DNA of 53,266 nucleotides from a virus (Duplodnaviria; Caudoviricetes), in the IMG/VR virus record IMGVR_UViG_3300035183_000848, positions 1-53,266 of that record, one strand, 5' to 3'. Shown here one piece after another: positions 26,571 to 36,034 of the stretch; the first letter of the stretch is position 1, and each line of letters opens with the position of its first letter. The notes beneath the pieces are model-generated. The model ran no database searches, was not told where the DNA came from, and was given only the letters and a program-made list of their open reading frames with translations. Both the position numbers and the translations under genes were made by a program.

Positions 26571-26869
26571 GCCAATGACCTCTTGGATGGCTTACGTTTT
26601 AAGATTAGGGTTTCAATTACCGCGATTCTCTCGCGTATTGAGCCAAAGTGCTTTATCTCAATGGAGAGTGTCTTTATCTCGGATTCGAGGTCAGATATTT
26701 TTTCGGTTATGTTTTTTATCTCAGTCTGGTGGACCGGAAGCCTCGAGGTGACCGCCGAGTCTATCTTGTCAATCTTCAAGACCAACCTTCTTATGAACCA
26801 AATGTTGCCACCTAGCAAAATCCCCAACGCGCCAAAAAAGGAGGAAATTTCTATAGAACTAAGATTCAT
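26558..26869 (-). CDS. Single-TM coiled-coil protein (holin/XhlA-like)
   Basis: N-terminal TM then coiled coil ending RERIAVIE; GGAG RBS at ATG 26869. Confidence 0.5.
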   Translation of the reverse strand: MNLSSIEISSFFGALGILLGGNIWFIRRLVLKIDKIDSAVTSRLPVHQTEIKNITEKISDLESEIKTLSIEIKHFGSIRERIAVIETLILKRKPSKRSLACQQ

Positions 26870-26968
26870 TACCACTCCCAAGTTTAACTTACAGTCGCTG
26901 TAGTTTGGAGGTAGCTGAAATTTTCTGGCAGGAAAACCCATCAGCCGCTCTGACCATACAGCAATTGA

Positions 26969-27112
26969 TTATCGAATGGGATGGACTTCCTTGCAAATTA
27001 AATTATCTGGTCCGCCATCCAAACATTTGGCCCGTGGCACGAGGTACTGGTTTGCGGCACAACTCATGAACAAAGCACATAATATCAAGATTAAAAAATA
27101 ATATTTTTTCAT
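26969..27112 (-). CDS. Small lipoprotein (47 aa)
   Basis: MKKYYFLILILCALFMS-C lipobox, then two more Cys; below ORF-track cutoff. Confidence 0.55.
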   Translation of the reverse strand: MKKYYFLILILCALFMSCAANQYLVPRAKCLDGGPDNLICKEVHPIR

Positions 27113-27131
27113 ACTTCAACCCAAAACTTTT

Positions 27132-29345
27132 TTATTTTGGACCCATGCAAATAATATAATAGTTAGAGTCTACAAATCCAGTGCCAATTGTTGAAGTACC
27201 AGGTATGACGTCCGTTGAACTAATCGAGGTACTAAAGATAGTTTTATCCCCTAGTACAGGAGAGTAAACACACACAGGAGTTGCGCTGAAATATCCTGTA
27301 GCAAAGGTTATATCGCATCTACCTACTGCCGAACGACTGATAGACGCTATCCATGAGCCGCTTTGAGAGCTGACGGCACAAGTTCCGTTGTTTGTTATAA
27401 ATGCGCGCCCGATCTGCTCTTGTCCGCTTGAGTTTGTCGCAACCGAGCCAGTCAAGATTGGAGCTGGCAAGCTTTGGCTGATGTTGATGATTTTCCAGGT
27501 CGAATTCGCTGTTGAGCTTGCATAGTTCGTCACGACGTTGCTGTTGGTGTTTAAGCCACGAATTTTAACCGTCTGAGACGCCAAGCTCGTGACGTTTAGA
27601 ACACCAACCAAAGTAGCAGATGAATAAGTCGTGGCATTAGCAGTGAAGTTCCCGGAAGCATCAAGCACGTTGTTAGAGCCATCAGTCAGCGCCACCTGCG
27701 TGCTGTTTGTAGTTCCGCCGTTGCCAAACATGCCGGTTGCAATAATCAAATATCTCCCAGTGGTTTTTGGAGTGAACGTCAATCCAGCGCCGTTGGCGAC
27801 AGTTGGGGTTGTAAAATTTACGTTGGTCAACTCAGTGACTGCGCAGCTAGCAGGGGTACTGAAGTCTGCATAGCTTGTGCTGGTCAATGTTGGATTGGAA
27901 GCGCAACCTGAAATATACCCACTCCATGAAGTTGATAGAATATTGGGAGTTAGCGCCAAGCTTGTTTGAGAAGGGTAGTAATAAACCCTAATTACGCCAG
28001 GGTGTGAGTTGGTTCCCCGAAGTCTGGCAGTACCACCAGAATCGACCTTGCCCCGAATAGAGAACGTCACGTTGCTCTGAGCACTGGTATAAGAAATTGA
28101 TTGGTTGATCCCAGGAGAATAAATTACGCCTCCTGATGCGCTCTGAAGCTGAGACAATTCCCTGGCGGTATTGGTTCCATCCCAGAATTGATAGTAAGAG
28201 CCAAAACCTTGGGTCAAGGAGTCAATTGTACCTTGATACTCAAGCTTGTACTCCCCAGGGGGAAGGCTTGCGAATTTCACTGCTGGAATGTTGGTTGATG
28301 GAGCTTGTGCTGCTCCAAACGCAGTGTAGGTACAACCACTTTGTGTTGAGAAATCTGTCAAAGTGGTCGATGTCGTGGACCAAGCTGAAGAACAACCGTT
28401 GATTACAACTCCACCCACCAAGAAGGCTTGGCTTACATTTGTGAGGTTTGCCGCAGATCCTAGATAGCAATTGTCTAGGTAAGCGGTTTTGGCTGAGCCG
28501 CTAGTCAAAACCAATTTCACACTACCAGAGGAGGGAAATATAAAGTTTAGCGGAAAATAACCATATGTTGAAGCTCCAAGTCCCGTGATCGTCGTACTTG
28601 CAATGGTGTTGGTTCCATCGGTGACGCTTAAGGTAAAGTCAGTTGCCGCGGTTTGAATATAGCAAGACACTAGTCCATTTTGGCCATAGAGCCCAGAGGG
28701 AATGGCAATTAAATTGCTAGAAAGCGTTTGTGACCCTGCTGATGTAACGAAGGATGCGGACTTTGAGCCGAATCCTACGTTAGCTGCAGTTGTGGTTGTG
28801 GTGAAAGTTCCCCCGGAGTTTGTCCAGTTAGTGGTTCCGGACTCGAACCCTGGGTTGTAGCTGCTCAACATGTTGAAGCCGCCCCCGCTTCCGCTACCAC
28901 CCAATTGGCCAGTGGTGATGGCGTTTGAGAGCTGGTCATTGATGGAGTTTGCAGTGACATAAATTTTTGTATCATTGATGAGCTGGCTCTTTTGACCACC
29001 GAAGGTAATGGTGTCGCCTGTTGCGGTGCCAGTTGCGTTTGCGCTCATTTGGATTTGACCGGCCGAGCAAGTTCCTGGCAGTCCAGCTATCGTAGTCCCT
29101 GATGGAATGTTTGCTGAAGTTGTTGTGTCGTAGACATATAACCCTGTCGCAAGCCCCGTGGTCGATCCAGGCGAAGAGATACAAGCCGAACCACTCGTGA
29201 GGTTGCCTGTTGTGGTCAATACCGCCGCGGTGATGTCGGTGAGGCTTTTGACATCTTCATTTTGAATTGAGGCAAGTCCAGCCAAAAGAGGCGAGGCTGC
29301 TAGCATGATTGATAAGAAGGTAAAGAGCAAGGTTAGGTTTTTCAT
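27132..29345 (-). CDS. Large signal-peptide-bearing multi-domain fibre/adhesin-like protein
   Basis: MKNLTLLFTFLSIMLAASPLLA signal peptide; NPGFESGTTNW CBM-like domain; 12 Cys in six neighbouring pairs. Confidence 0.7.
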   Translation of the reverse strand: MKNLTLLFTFLSIMLAASPLLAGLASIQNEDVKSLTDITAAVLTTTGNLTSGSACISSPGSTTGLATGLYVYDTTTSANIPSGTTIAGLPGTCSAGQIQMSANATGTATGDTITFGGQKSQLINDTKIYVTANSINDQLSNAITTGQLGGSGSGGGFNMLSSYNPGFESGTTNWTNSGGTFTTTTTAANVGFGSKSASFVTSAGSQTLSSNLIAIPSGLYGQNGLVSCYIQTAATDFTLSVTDGTNTIASTTITGLGASTYGYFPLNFIFPSSGSVKLVLTSGSAKTAYLDNCYLGSAANLTNVSQAFLVGGVVINGCSSAWSTTSTTLTDFSTQSGCTYTAFGAAQAPSTNIPAVKFASLPPGEYKLEYQGTIDSLTQGFGSYYQFWDGTNTARELSQLQSASGGVIYSPGINQSISYTSAQSNVTFSIRGKVDSGGTARLRGTNSHPGVIRVYYYPSQTSLALTPNILSTSWSGYISGCASNPTLTSTSYADFSTPASCAVTELTNVNFTTPTVANGAGLTFTPKTTGRYLIIATGMFGNGGTTNSTQVALTDGSNNVLDASGNFTANATTYSSATLVGVLNVTSLASQTVKIRGLNTNSNVVTNYASSTANSTWKIINISQSLPAPILTGSVATNSSGQEQIGRAFITNNGTCAVSSQSGSWIASISRSAVGRCDITFATGYFSATPVCVYSPVLGDKTIFSTSISSTDVIPGTSTIGTGFVDSNYYIICMGPK

Positions 29346-29355
29346 TATTTTCCCC

Positions 29356-29799
29356 TTAATACTGACTATAAACACAATATAAATCCTGTCCAGTGGCTGG
29401 CGCAGTAGAAAACGTCAATGTACTGCTAGAAATAGTATAATCCAATCCAGCGCCCTGTTTTAACAATTTTCCATCCAAATAGCACGCCACACCAACTCCG
29501 GCGCCCGGTGAGGTCGCCAGCGTAAATGTTGTCAAAGACCCATTCGGGTAGGGCGTGACCTTAGACTGGATGGTCTGGGTGGCCACTGGGAGCTGATTGA
29601 AAGTATTGTTTGACCCACTAATCGTCTTGTTCTGCAGAGTCAACGTATTGGTGTCGCTCGCGAAGTTCGATCCAGTGGAGGGGACAGAAATCGTGCTTCC
29701 GCCAGTTGAGTTCTGGATGCTGTCGATTTGCTTGGTCGTGGTGGATGAACCCCAAGCAGAAAGCGAGAGCAAGGTGCAAAGTATCGCAAGATTTTTCAT
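29356..29799 (-). CDS. Signal-peptide-bearing fibre-like protein
   Basis: Signal peptide; TLQNKTI motif; NG..TTFTL...YLDG...DYTI...LTF..AP..G domain. Confidence 0.7.
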   Translation of the reverse strand: MKNLAILCTLLSLSAWGSSTTTKQIDSIQNSTGGSTISVPSTGSNFASDTNTLTLQNKTISGSNNTFNQLPVATQTIQSKVTPYPNGSLTTFTLATSPGAGVGVACYLDGKLLKQGAGLDYTISSSTLTFSTAPATGQDLYCVYSQY

Positions 29800-29808
29800 G
29801 TCAATCCC

Positions 29809-30744
29809 TTAGTTGGATCGGCTAACTTCATTCCAGAATCCATTGCCATCGCACAAAAGCGTCAATACAGCGTTTAGGCCAGAAGTCCATGGGCCGTTTA
29901 AATTTAGCTTTGATCCCGACAAGGAAGCCTCGTCTTGAAGCTTAACCAAATTGGTTGCTGACTCACCAACGATTCTGGTGATTTGACCTGCCGCTGTGCA
30001 AGCAGTGATGCTTGGAGTTGCCGTTACTGTTGTCGTTCCGCTTGAGCTAGCCTGGATAAAAGCAATGTTTGCATAGGAGATACCAGTCAAGGTAATGCCT
30101 CCGCCTGCCGTGATGGACAACGGAGAAGCTTGGCTGCCATTTAAAGCTGGAGCTCCAACCCCCAGGGCTGAGCTGGTCCAAGTGGATCCGTTGGAGGTCA
30201 AAACATTTCCGCTGGTCCCCGGAGCAACGAGGCTTACCGCCGAAGTTCCATTCCCCACAACAACCGAACCAGCCGTTAGAGAACTTGCCCCGGTACCACC
30301 ATTTGCCACTCCCAATTGGCCGCTTACTGCAGCGGATTGGTTTAGCTGCAAAGCACCAACCGTTGGAACGCCTGAAGCTCCGGCTTGGAAAACTTGGTAC
30401 TGGCTACCTGCAGAAGTTGCTCCGATAGCTGATGTGCCGTTGCCATAGAGCATTCCGTTTGTGGTTAGCGAAGATGATCCGGTGCCGCCGTTTGAAACTG
30501 AAAGTTGACCACTAGAAATTGCGCTCGCGGGAACGTTTGAGAAAGTGTTGCTTGCCCCTGAAATGGTCTTGTTTTGAAGGGTGATGGTGTTGGTGTCCGA
30601 AACAAAGGTTGATCCAGTCGAGGGAACCGAGATTGCGCTCCCACCGGTTGAGTTCTGGATGCTGTCTACTTGCTTCAAAGTGGTGCTTGACCCAAAAGCC
30701 AAACTTGAAGCCAATACCAAGACGATTGAAAAGATTGCTCTCAT
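29809..30744 (-). CDS. Signal-peptide-bearing fibre-like protein
   Basis: Signal peptide; L.V.NGGTG.SSLT...GNGTSA fibre repeats; C-terminal domain paralogous to the tail-fibre tip. Confidence 0.7.
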   Translation of the reverse strand: MRAIFSIVLVLASSLAFGSSTTLKQVDSIQNSTGGSAISVPSTGSTFVSDTNTITLQNKTISGASNTFSNVPASAISSGQLSVSNGGTGSSSLTTNGMLYGNGTSAIGATSAGSQYQVFQAGASGVPTVGALQLNQSAAVSGQLGVANGGTGASSLTAGSVVVGNGTSAVSLVAPGTSGNVLTSNGSTWTSSALGVGAPALNGSQASPLSITAGGGITLTGISYANIAFIQASSSGTTTVTATPSITACTAAGQITRIVGESATNLVKLQDEASLSGSKLNLNGPWTSGLNAVLTLLCDGNGFWNEVSRSN

Positions 30745-30756
30745 TATTTTCCCCTT

Positions 30757-32850
30757 TTAAGCCCTTCTATTGTTTTCACTCCACACCGAGCCATCCCACA
30801 TCAACTCAATCGATTGGTTGTCAGTGAGGCTAATTGGCCCGTTGAGATCCAGCCCGTTGCCATCTGCAAGGGTGTAGTAATTTGTTGGGTCTGCGCCCTT
30901 CAAGGTTAACCTTTGTCCAATGGTTGTGCCAGCTGCAATTTGTGGAGTTGCAGTGATTGGAGTAACTCCACCAGAAGTTGGAGCTATCCACCAAACCTGG
31001 TCGTTTGAGTTTGCAGGAGTCAACCCAGAGCTTGGAGTCAAGACAATTGGAGACGCCTTGCTGCCATGGGCATCGATCATCCCACCACCGCCGCCTCCAG
31101 AAGATGAAAGTATGACATGGTCCCCCATGTCAGTTAGGGTCATATTTGTGCCAGGCACAAGCCCCTTGAGCTGGGCAATTCCGCTCATCACGCCTGCAAA
31201 AAGTCCAATTCCGCCATCAAGGTTCACCATGCCGGCGATGCCGCCAGAGCCCCCGCCACTGCCTCCGCCAACGGGGCTAAAGTAATCACAATAGATGGAT
31301 GATCCTACAGGGAGCGCACTTGACAAGACGATGTAGCTCACTGTGCCTTGGGTTAAAGAAAACTGACTTGGCAAAATCTTTAATCCATCAATATAAACCG
31401 AAACTCCCGACTTGCTGAACGGTGACCCACCAAGTCTGAACGTCAGGTTGTCTCCAGTGTTGACTGGGGTCTCTTGGTTCATGGCGAGGTAGCCCTGGTT
31501 TGCAAGCACGTACTCAAACAGAATTTGAGAAGCCAACGCAGGGGCAGAGTTAAAGGTAATTGTTTGACCAGAGAGTGACCACTCGGAGTCTGGAATTATT
31601 CTGCCATTGATTGAAACTCGAATTGACTGGGCTGAAAGCGGCAAATTTAACAAGTCAAAAGCAGTCGTTGTGCCATTGCCTGTGCTTGGAGGGTCCGTGG
31701 CCAGTATTGGAAATGAGGTTGGCCCAGAGTTTGATGGTGTTCCAGAGACGAGAAAGTGTGTGGTGGTTACCGCAACTCCAACTGGAACTATTTTTTCCCC
31801 AGCTCCAGTAGGCGCCGGAGTGACGATACCGCCAGGTGTCGAAGGGTCGGCATAATACTCGGCGCCCGCAACTAAAGATGTTAGTGAATAAAATCCATTA
31901 TACAAGACCTCAGCTACTCCTCCACTTGAGACGTCAGAGATAACCATCCCTGCAAACGTCCCACGGACTGCCTGGTTTGCTGGGGAGCAATCAAGTGGAT
32001 AAACCCTACCTGCGGTGCGGCCTGAGTCGGTGGGGTTGCCAGGAGAAATATAGACAACTTGTCCAGCGGTTAAGTTTTGTCCAGCCACCACCTCGTAAAC
32101 CGTGAAATAACCCGATCCCAACAGGGGCTTGTACTCGCCGTCTCTTAAGATTATCTGTGACGTGTTGACGCCAAGGTAAACAACTGGTCCAGACCTGCGA
32201 GCGAAAATTATTTGGTTCACGCCAGGCACGAATGAAGCGCTTGATGCAGTTTGGACAGTGATTGGCCCTGCTGCGGAGAACACAAAAGTTGCACCGTTTT
32301 GCGTCGACGTTGCATTGTTGCTGATCGTGACGCTGTTGGAGCCCACCGCCGTTACCGTTGTGTTTGCTGGAATTCCAGGGCCTGTGACGTTCATGCCGAC
32401 TGTAATGCCATTGATAAAGGTCAATGCACTGATGCTGTTCGAGGAGTTTACGGTATTGCCTTGAGCCACAAGCGGGCTGTTTAAGTTGACATACGCCAAT
32501 TCACCATCGCTCAAAGTCACTGAACCCGCGTTGACCTGGTTTGAAGAATCGGGTACAGAGGGGATGACGATATTGAAAGCTGAGCTCCAAGATAGGTCAC
32601 CACTTGTGGCCGAGAACGCCCATGTTCCGCCATTTAGCAAGCGCATGGCTTGGTCTGGCATGCCTCCAGTGATCAATGGATCCAAGTATTGAATCCACTG
32701 GTCCGCAAGCCAAAAAAGCCAGTTCATATACTCCGGAGGGGGGGCTTGGCCTGATTGCCATCCTGCCAAAGCATAATTGGCTGGTGGTTGCTGTACTTTA
32801 GACGGATTGCCGTCTGTCCAATTGAGATAAGCCTGCGGGCGATTTACCAT
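30757..32850 (-). CDS. Tail fibre protein (baseplate-attached)
   Basis: N-terminal GW..GQAPPPEYMNWLF...QWIQYL attachment motif; follows wedge genes; no signal peptide. Confidence 0.8.
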   Translation of the reverse strand: MVNRPQAYLNWTDGNPSKVQQPPANYALAGWQSGQAPPPEYMNWLFWLADQWIQYLDPLITGGMPDQAMRLLNGGTWAFSATSGDLSWSSAFNIVIPSVPDSSNQVNAGSVTLSDGELAYVNLNSPLVAQGNTVNSSNSISALTFINGITVGMNVTGPGIPANTTVTAVGSNSVTISNNATSTQNGATFVFSAAGPITVQTASSASFVPGVNQIIFARRSGPVVYLGVNTSQIILRDGEYKPLLGSGYFTVYEVVAGQNLTAGQVVYISPGNPTDSGRTAGRVYPLDCSPANQAVRGTFAGMVISDVSSGGVAEVLYNGFYSLTSLVAGAEYYADPSTPGGIVTPAPTGAGEKIVPVGVAVTTTHFLVSGTPSNSGPTSFPILATDPPSTGNGTTTAFDLLNLPLSAQSIRVSINGRIIPDSEWSLSGQTITFNSAPALASQILFEYVLANQGYLAMNQETPVNTGDNLTFRLGGSPFSKSGVSVYIDGLKILPSQFSLTQGTVSYIVLSSALPVGSSIYCDYFSPVGGGSGGGSGGIAGMVNLDGGIGLFAGVMSGIAQLKGLVPGTNMTLTDMGDHVILSSSGGGGGGMIDAHGSKASPIVLTPSSGLTPANSNDQVWWIAPTSGGVTPITATPQIAAGTTIGQRLTLKGADPTNYYTLADGNGLDLNGPISLTDNQSIELMWDGSVWSENNRRA

Positions 32851-32873
32851 GTTGTAATATTCTCCCTAAACTC

Positions 32874-33461
32874 TTACATAATCAAATCAACAAATAGCCC
32901 TGAACCAAAACCATTTACAGTCCCAACGATCCCAGGACCATCAAATCTAAATGCATTGGTAAAGGTTGAGCCTGCCACTACCAAGTTTATCCCAGCCCCC
33001 ATTGATTGCTGGATCAGCTGAGCAGCCAGAGACCAAAGCTGTTTTGGTATTGGGATGCCTAGGGCTTCGATGGCAATACCAGCGGGATAAGTGGGTTGCA
33101 TTAGCATTATGGGGGCTTGGAAAAGGTAGGCTGCAACCGTCAAAACCGCGGCCGTGGTATCGTCTGAAAAATTTTCGGCAATCTTGCCGAAGATAAACAA
33201 GGCGTACTCGTCATCGGGAAGTCCGTTTCTTGTGATCCCCACGAGTTCCCCTATTCCATCAAGTTGGGCCCCAAAGGCTGGGACAGTGGTACCGTTCCAG
33301 ATCTGGCAAAGTCCCTCTAGGGGGTAGAGCGCGTTTTCAATGTTTTGAGCTTGCTGGAGGAATGCAGTTAGCGCCCCAGTGATTAAGGCTCGGCCCTTGT
33401 ATTGCTGCAAAAGCTTTGACAGTCCATCTTGGACATAATTTGTTATTTGTGGAGCGAGCAT
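32874..33461 (-). CDS. Baseplate wedge protein (DUF2612-like)
   Basis: LLQQYK, AFGAQLDGIGELVGITR.GL.DDEY. Confidence 0.8.
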   Translation of the reverse strand: MLAPQITNYVQDGLSKLLQQYKGRALITGALTAFLQQAQNIENALYPLEGLCQIWNGTTVPAFGAQLDGIGELVGITRNGLPDDEYALFIFGKIAENFSDDTTAAVLTVAAYLFQAPIMLMQPTYPAGIAIEALGIPIPKQLWSLAAQLIQQSMGAGINLVVAGSTFTNAFRFDGPGIVGTVNGFGSGLFVDLIM

Positions 33462-33470
33462 TTTTTCTCC

Positions 33471-35633
33471 CTAAACATAGCTTACAGCAACGTTAAACGC
33501 TTCAAATATAGGTTCCTCTTCGGGCTGCATTTGTAAGTTAACATTTGTTGTAGGATTCGGCATCCTATCAAAATAAAGAGTATAGGAAACAATCCCTGGA
33601 ATCGAATTGAAAGCTCCGATTAGTCCGTTTGAACCAAACCCTATGATCAGGCCACCAATTCCAACCTCGTTCCCAATCGATACGATGTCTTTTTGGATGT
33701 CTCCAATCGAGAGGGGGTTGAACTTCGCCTTTGGGTTGAGCCCAGAGTTGGAGTCGCCTGGAATATTGTAGAGGTCGGTGACCATGGAAATTGAAACATA
33801 GATGGGAACTTGAGTTGGCCTTGAAAATCCAATGTTGTAAATATTCCCGTATTGGTCAACCGATTGAATGACGGTGCTGCCATAGGGCTGGATTCCAGCG
33901 GGTCCAGAAGCCAAGATGGTGTCCGCAACTGTTTGGTCATCCCCACCTGCAACCACGATCTCAAAAGATTTTCCAGGTCTGCCAAAGGCAACGGATATAG
34001 TGCTGCCAGTGGTGTTGTTTGAAACCGCAATTAAACCCTGGGGCTGCCCACCAAAAGAACCGTTGAAATCTACCGTAAACCCAGCAGTGACAGATCCTGA
34101 AACCACGACGTTGCTATAGCTGCCGCCCAACGCTCGGATTGCGGTCTGCATTTGTCCGTTTGTCACGTTGTAGGGCAAGGAAGAAGTCATATTCCCATTT
34201 ACCACAAGCTTGAAGCTCCCGCTTCCAGGAGGCACGTTGAAAGTGACGACTTGAAGTGCGGCTTCATTGACGTTTTGAAAACCCACTACCGCGGTGACTC
34301 CGCTTATGACTGAAACCTTGGAAATAATTGCCGCTAGTGGTCCGTTGGCATTCGCATCCAAGTTGGCCTGGCGTCTTTCCAGGGCCTCAGTGTCGTTTTC
34401 GACGTTGGTGCCAGTGACGCAGTCTAGTTGGTTGGTGACTCCTGTCCACCCACTAATTGGAGTGACAATAGAGGTTAGTGTGCCTGCACCAACGAAATTT
34501 GGACCCGTTTGGGCGCAAGTCGCAGAACCCACTCCTTGGGCTGGTGCACCTTGGGCTGAGTTGATGACGGCAACGTTGGTGACGCTCGTGCCGTTCATCA
34601 AGGTATTTGTTGGAACTGTGATCAATGCTTGGGGTTGTGATCCAGATGATGGTTGGCTTGTGTAGGGAGTTCCTACACCAAAGTTAAAGTTATATCCAGC
34701 CGCTGCGCTAGTTACGGTCAAGTCAGTGTAGGGGTATTTGGAAATTGAAGAGTCATAGAGATTGTTGATGTCGGCTTGGATTGAATCAACACTAGTAATT
34801 GTGACTCCTAAAGTGTTGCCCCCGATGGTCACCAACGGGTTGGTGACACTTCCCCAGGTGATTTGGAACCCTGAAGCAAAAGAGCCTGACACGGTGGCAC
34901 CAGAGTACCCACTCAAGGCTTGAATTGCAGATTGAACTTGGGCTGCATTGGCATTGTAGGGAATGTTTGCAGTTGTGAGTGTGCTTCCCGCCGCCGACAA
35001 GGATAGCGTAAAATTTCCAGCCACTGGGACGGAACTAAATGATAGCTGGCTTATTGCAGGTAGGGCATTCCAAGGGATAAGTCCCGTTGTCATTTGAAAT
35101 CCGCTTTGACCCACTATCGAAAGTGAATAGTTTCCAGAGTCTGGCGTATTGCTTTGGATAAAAGTTTGAATCGCATTCACCGCAGCCTGGATGGTGATGT
35201 CCGCGTCTATGGTGAATTGAACCGGCGGTGAAGATTGGTCTTGGATGATTGAATTTTGGGGGACGATAGTACCTGGAGTTCCCAAAGCGACAAGTCCATA
35301 AAGCGTGATGCCATTTGCCTGGGTTACTGGGTTGAGGTTGGTCCTAGTGGCAGAGGCCTGCTTTCTCTTTAGGTTGTTTAGCGCCAAAATATTGTCAACC
35401 GAAGTTCCCTCGGCACCCGATGGGTATCTCGAAGAATAAAGTGTCTGTCCCAACTGCCACAACAGCGCAAAGTCACCAGACAAAATCCCGATGATTTGCC
35501 CAAAGTTTGAGGATGGAGCAAGGTTGATGTTGTTTCCAAAGACTGTCCTGAATTGGCTCTCGAGCTGAGATATAATGTCTTGCTGCGATGGGGCAACAAA
35601 ACCAGTAGAAGTTATTCCGTATTGAGTGCTCAT
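33471..35633 (-). CDS. Baseplate J-like wedge protein with inserted repeat domains
   Basis: YGITSTGF, SAEGTSVD, GTNVENDTEALERR, FSRPT; three inserted ~70-aa repeats. Confidence 0.85.
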   Translation of the reverse strand: MSTQYGITSTGFVAPSQQDIISQLESQFRTVFGNNINLAPSSNFGQIIGILSGDFALLWQLGQTLYSSRYPSGAEGTSVDNILALNNLKRKQASATRTNLNPVTQANGITLYGLVALGTPGTIVPQNSIIQDQSSPPVQFTIDADITIQAAVNAIQTFIQSNTPDSGNYSLSIVGQSGFQMTTGLIPWNALPAISQLSFSSVPVAGNFTLSLSAAGSTLTTANIPYNANAAQVQSAIQALSGYSGATVSGSFASGFQITWGSVTNPLVTIGGNTLGVTITSVDSIQADINNLYDSSISKYPYTDLTVTSAAAGYNFNFGVGTPYTSQPSSGSQPQALITVPTNTLMNGTSVTNVAVINSAQGAPAQGVGSATCAQTGPNFVGAGTLTSIVTPISGWTGVTNQLDCVTGTNVENDTEALERRQANLDANANGPLAAIISKVSVISGVTAVVGFQNVNEAALQVVTFNVPPGSGSFKLVVNGNMTSSLPYNVTNGQMQTAIRALGGSYSNVVVSGSVTAGFTVDFNGSFGGQPQGLIAVSNNTTGSTISVAFGRPGKSFEIVVAGGDDQTVADTILASGPAGIQPYGSTVIQSVDQYGNIYNIGFSRPTQVPIYVSISMVTDLYNIPGDSNSGLNPKAKFNPLSIGDIQKDIVSIGNEVGIGGLIIGFGSNGLIGAFNSIPGIVSYTLYFDRMPNPTTNVNLQMQPEEEPIFEAFNVAVSYV

Positions 35634-36034
35634 GATCCGTTCCCCGCTACTAACGTTCCAGAGTAGTCAACCACCCCAGAAGTGGTCTGCGCCGTAAAGT
35701 TCACTGTCAAAGTTCTGGCAGCTAGGTTTAAAGTTGAGTTATAAGATGTCAGTTGCAAAACCCCTGGTCTATCTAAAATCGTTGCCCTGATCAGACCGTC
35801 GATGGTTTCTTGGTCTGGGTTCTTGACAAGGATTTGTTGGAACCAAGGCACTCCGATGGTGTTGTCAAGGTACCATTCATTCAAGAAGGTCCTCAATGCC
35901 TGCAGGATGTCTTGGAGGACAGGGTTTGCCCCTCCCTGCTGGGCGTCTGAAGTGAGCGCCAAGTCACCATTGATGATTAAAAAGTCATTGTAAGTTTGGG
36001 AAGCTGGATTGAGGTCAAGGCTAATGTCCACCAT
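35630..36034 (-). CDS. Baseplate wedge/sheath initiator (gp25/DUF2634-like)
   Basis: LRTFLNEWYLDNTIGVPWFQQIL.K.P. Confidence 0.8.
   Translation of the reverse strand: MVDISLDLNPASQTYNDFLIINGDLALTSDAQQGGANPVLQDILQALRTFLNEWYLDNTIGVPWFQQILVKNPDQETIDGLIRATILDRPGVLQLTSYNSTLNLAARTLTVNFTAQTTSGVVDYSGTLVAGNGS

Noticed and set aside
29590-30695. DGR template/variable repeat pair
   Set aside because: Differences are not adenine-specific, both copies are N-terminal coding sequence, and no reverse transcriptase is present
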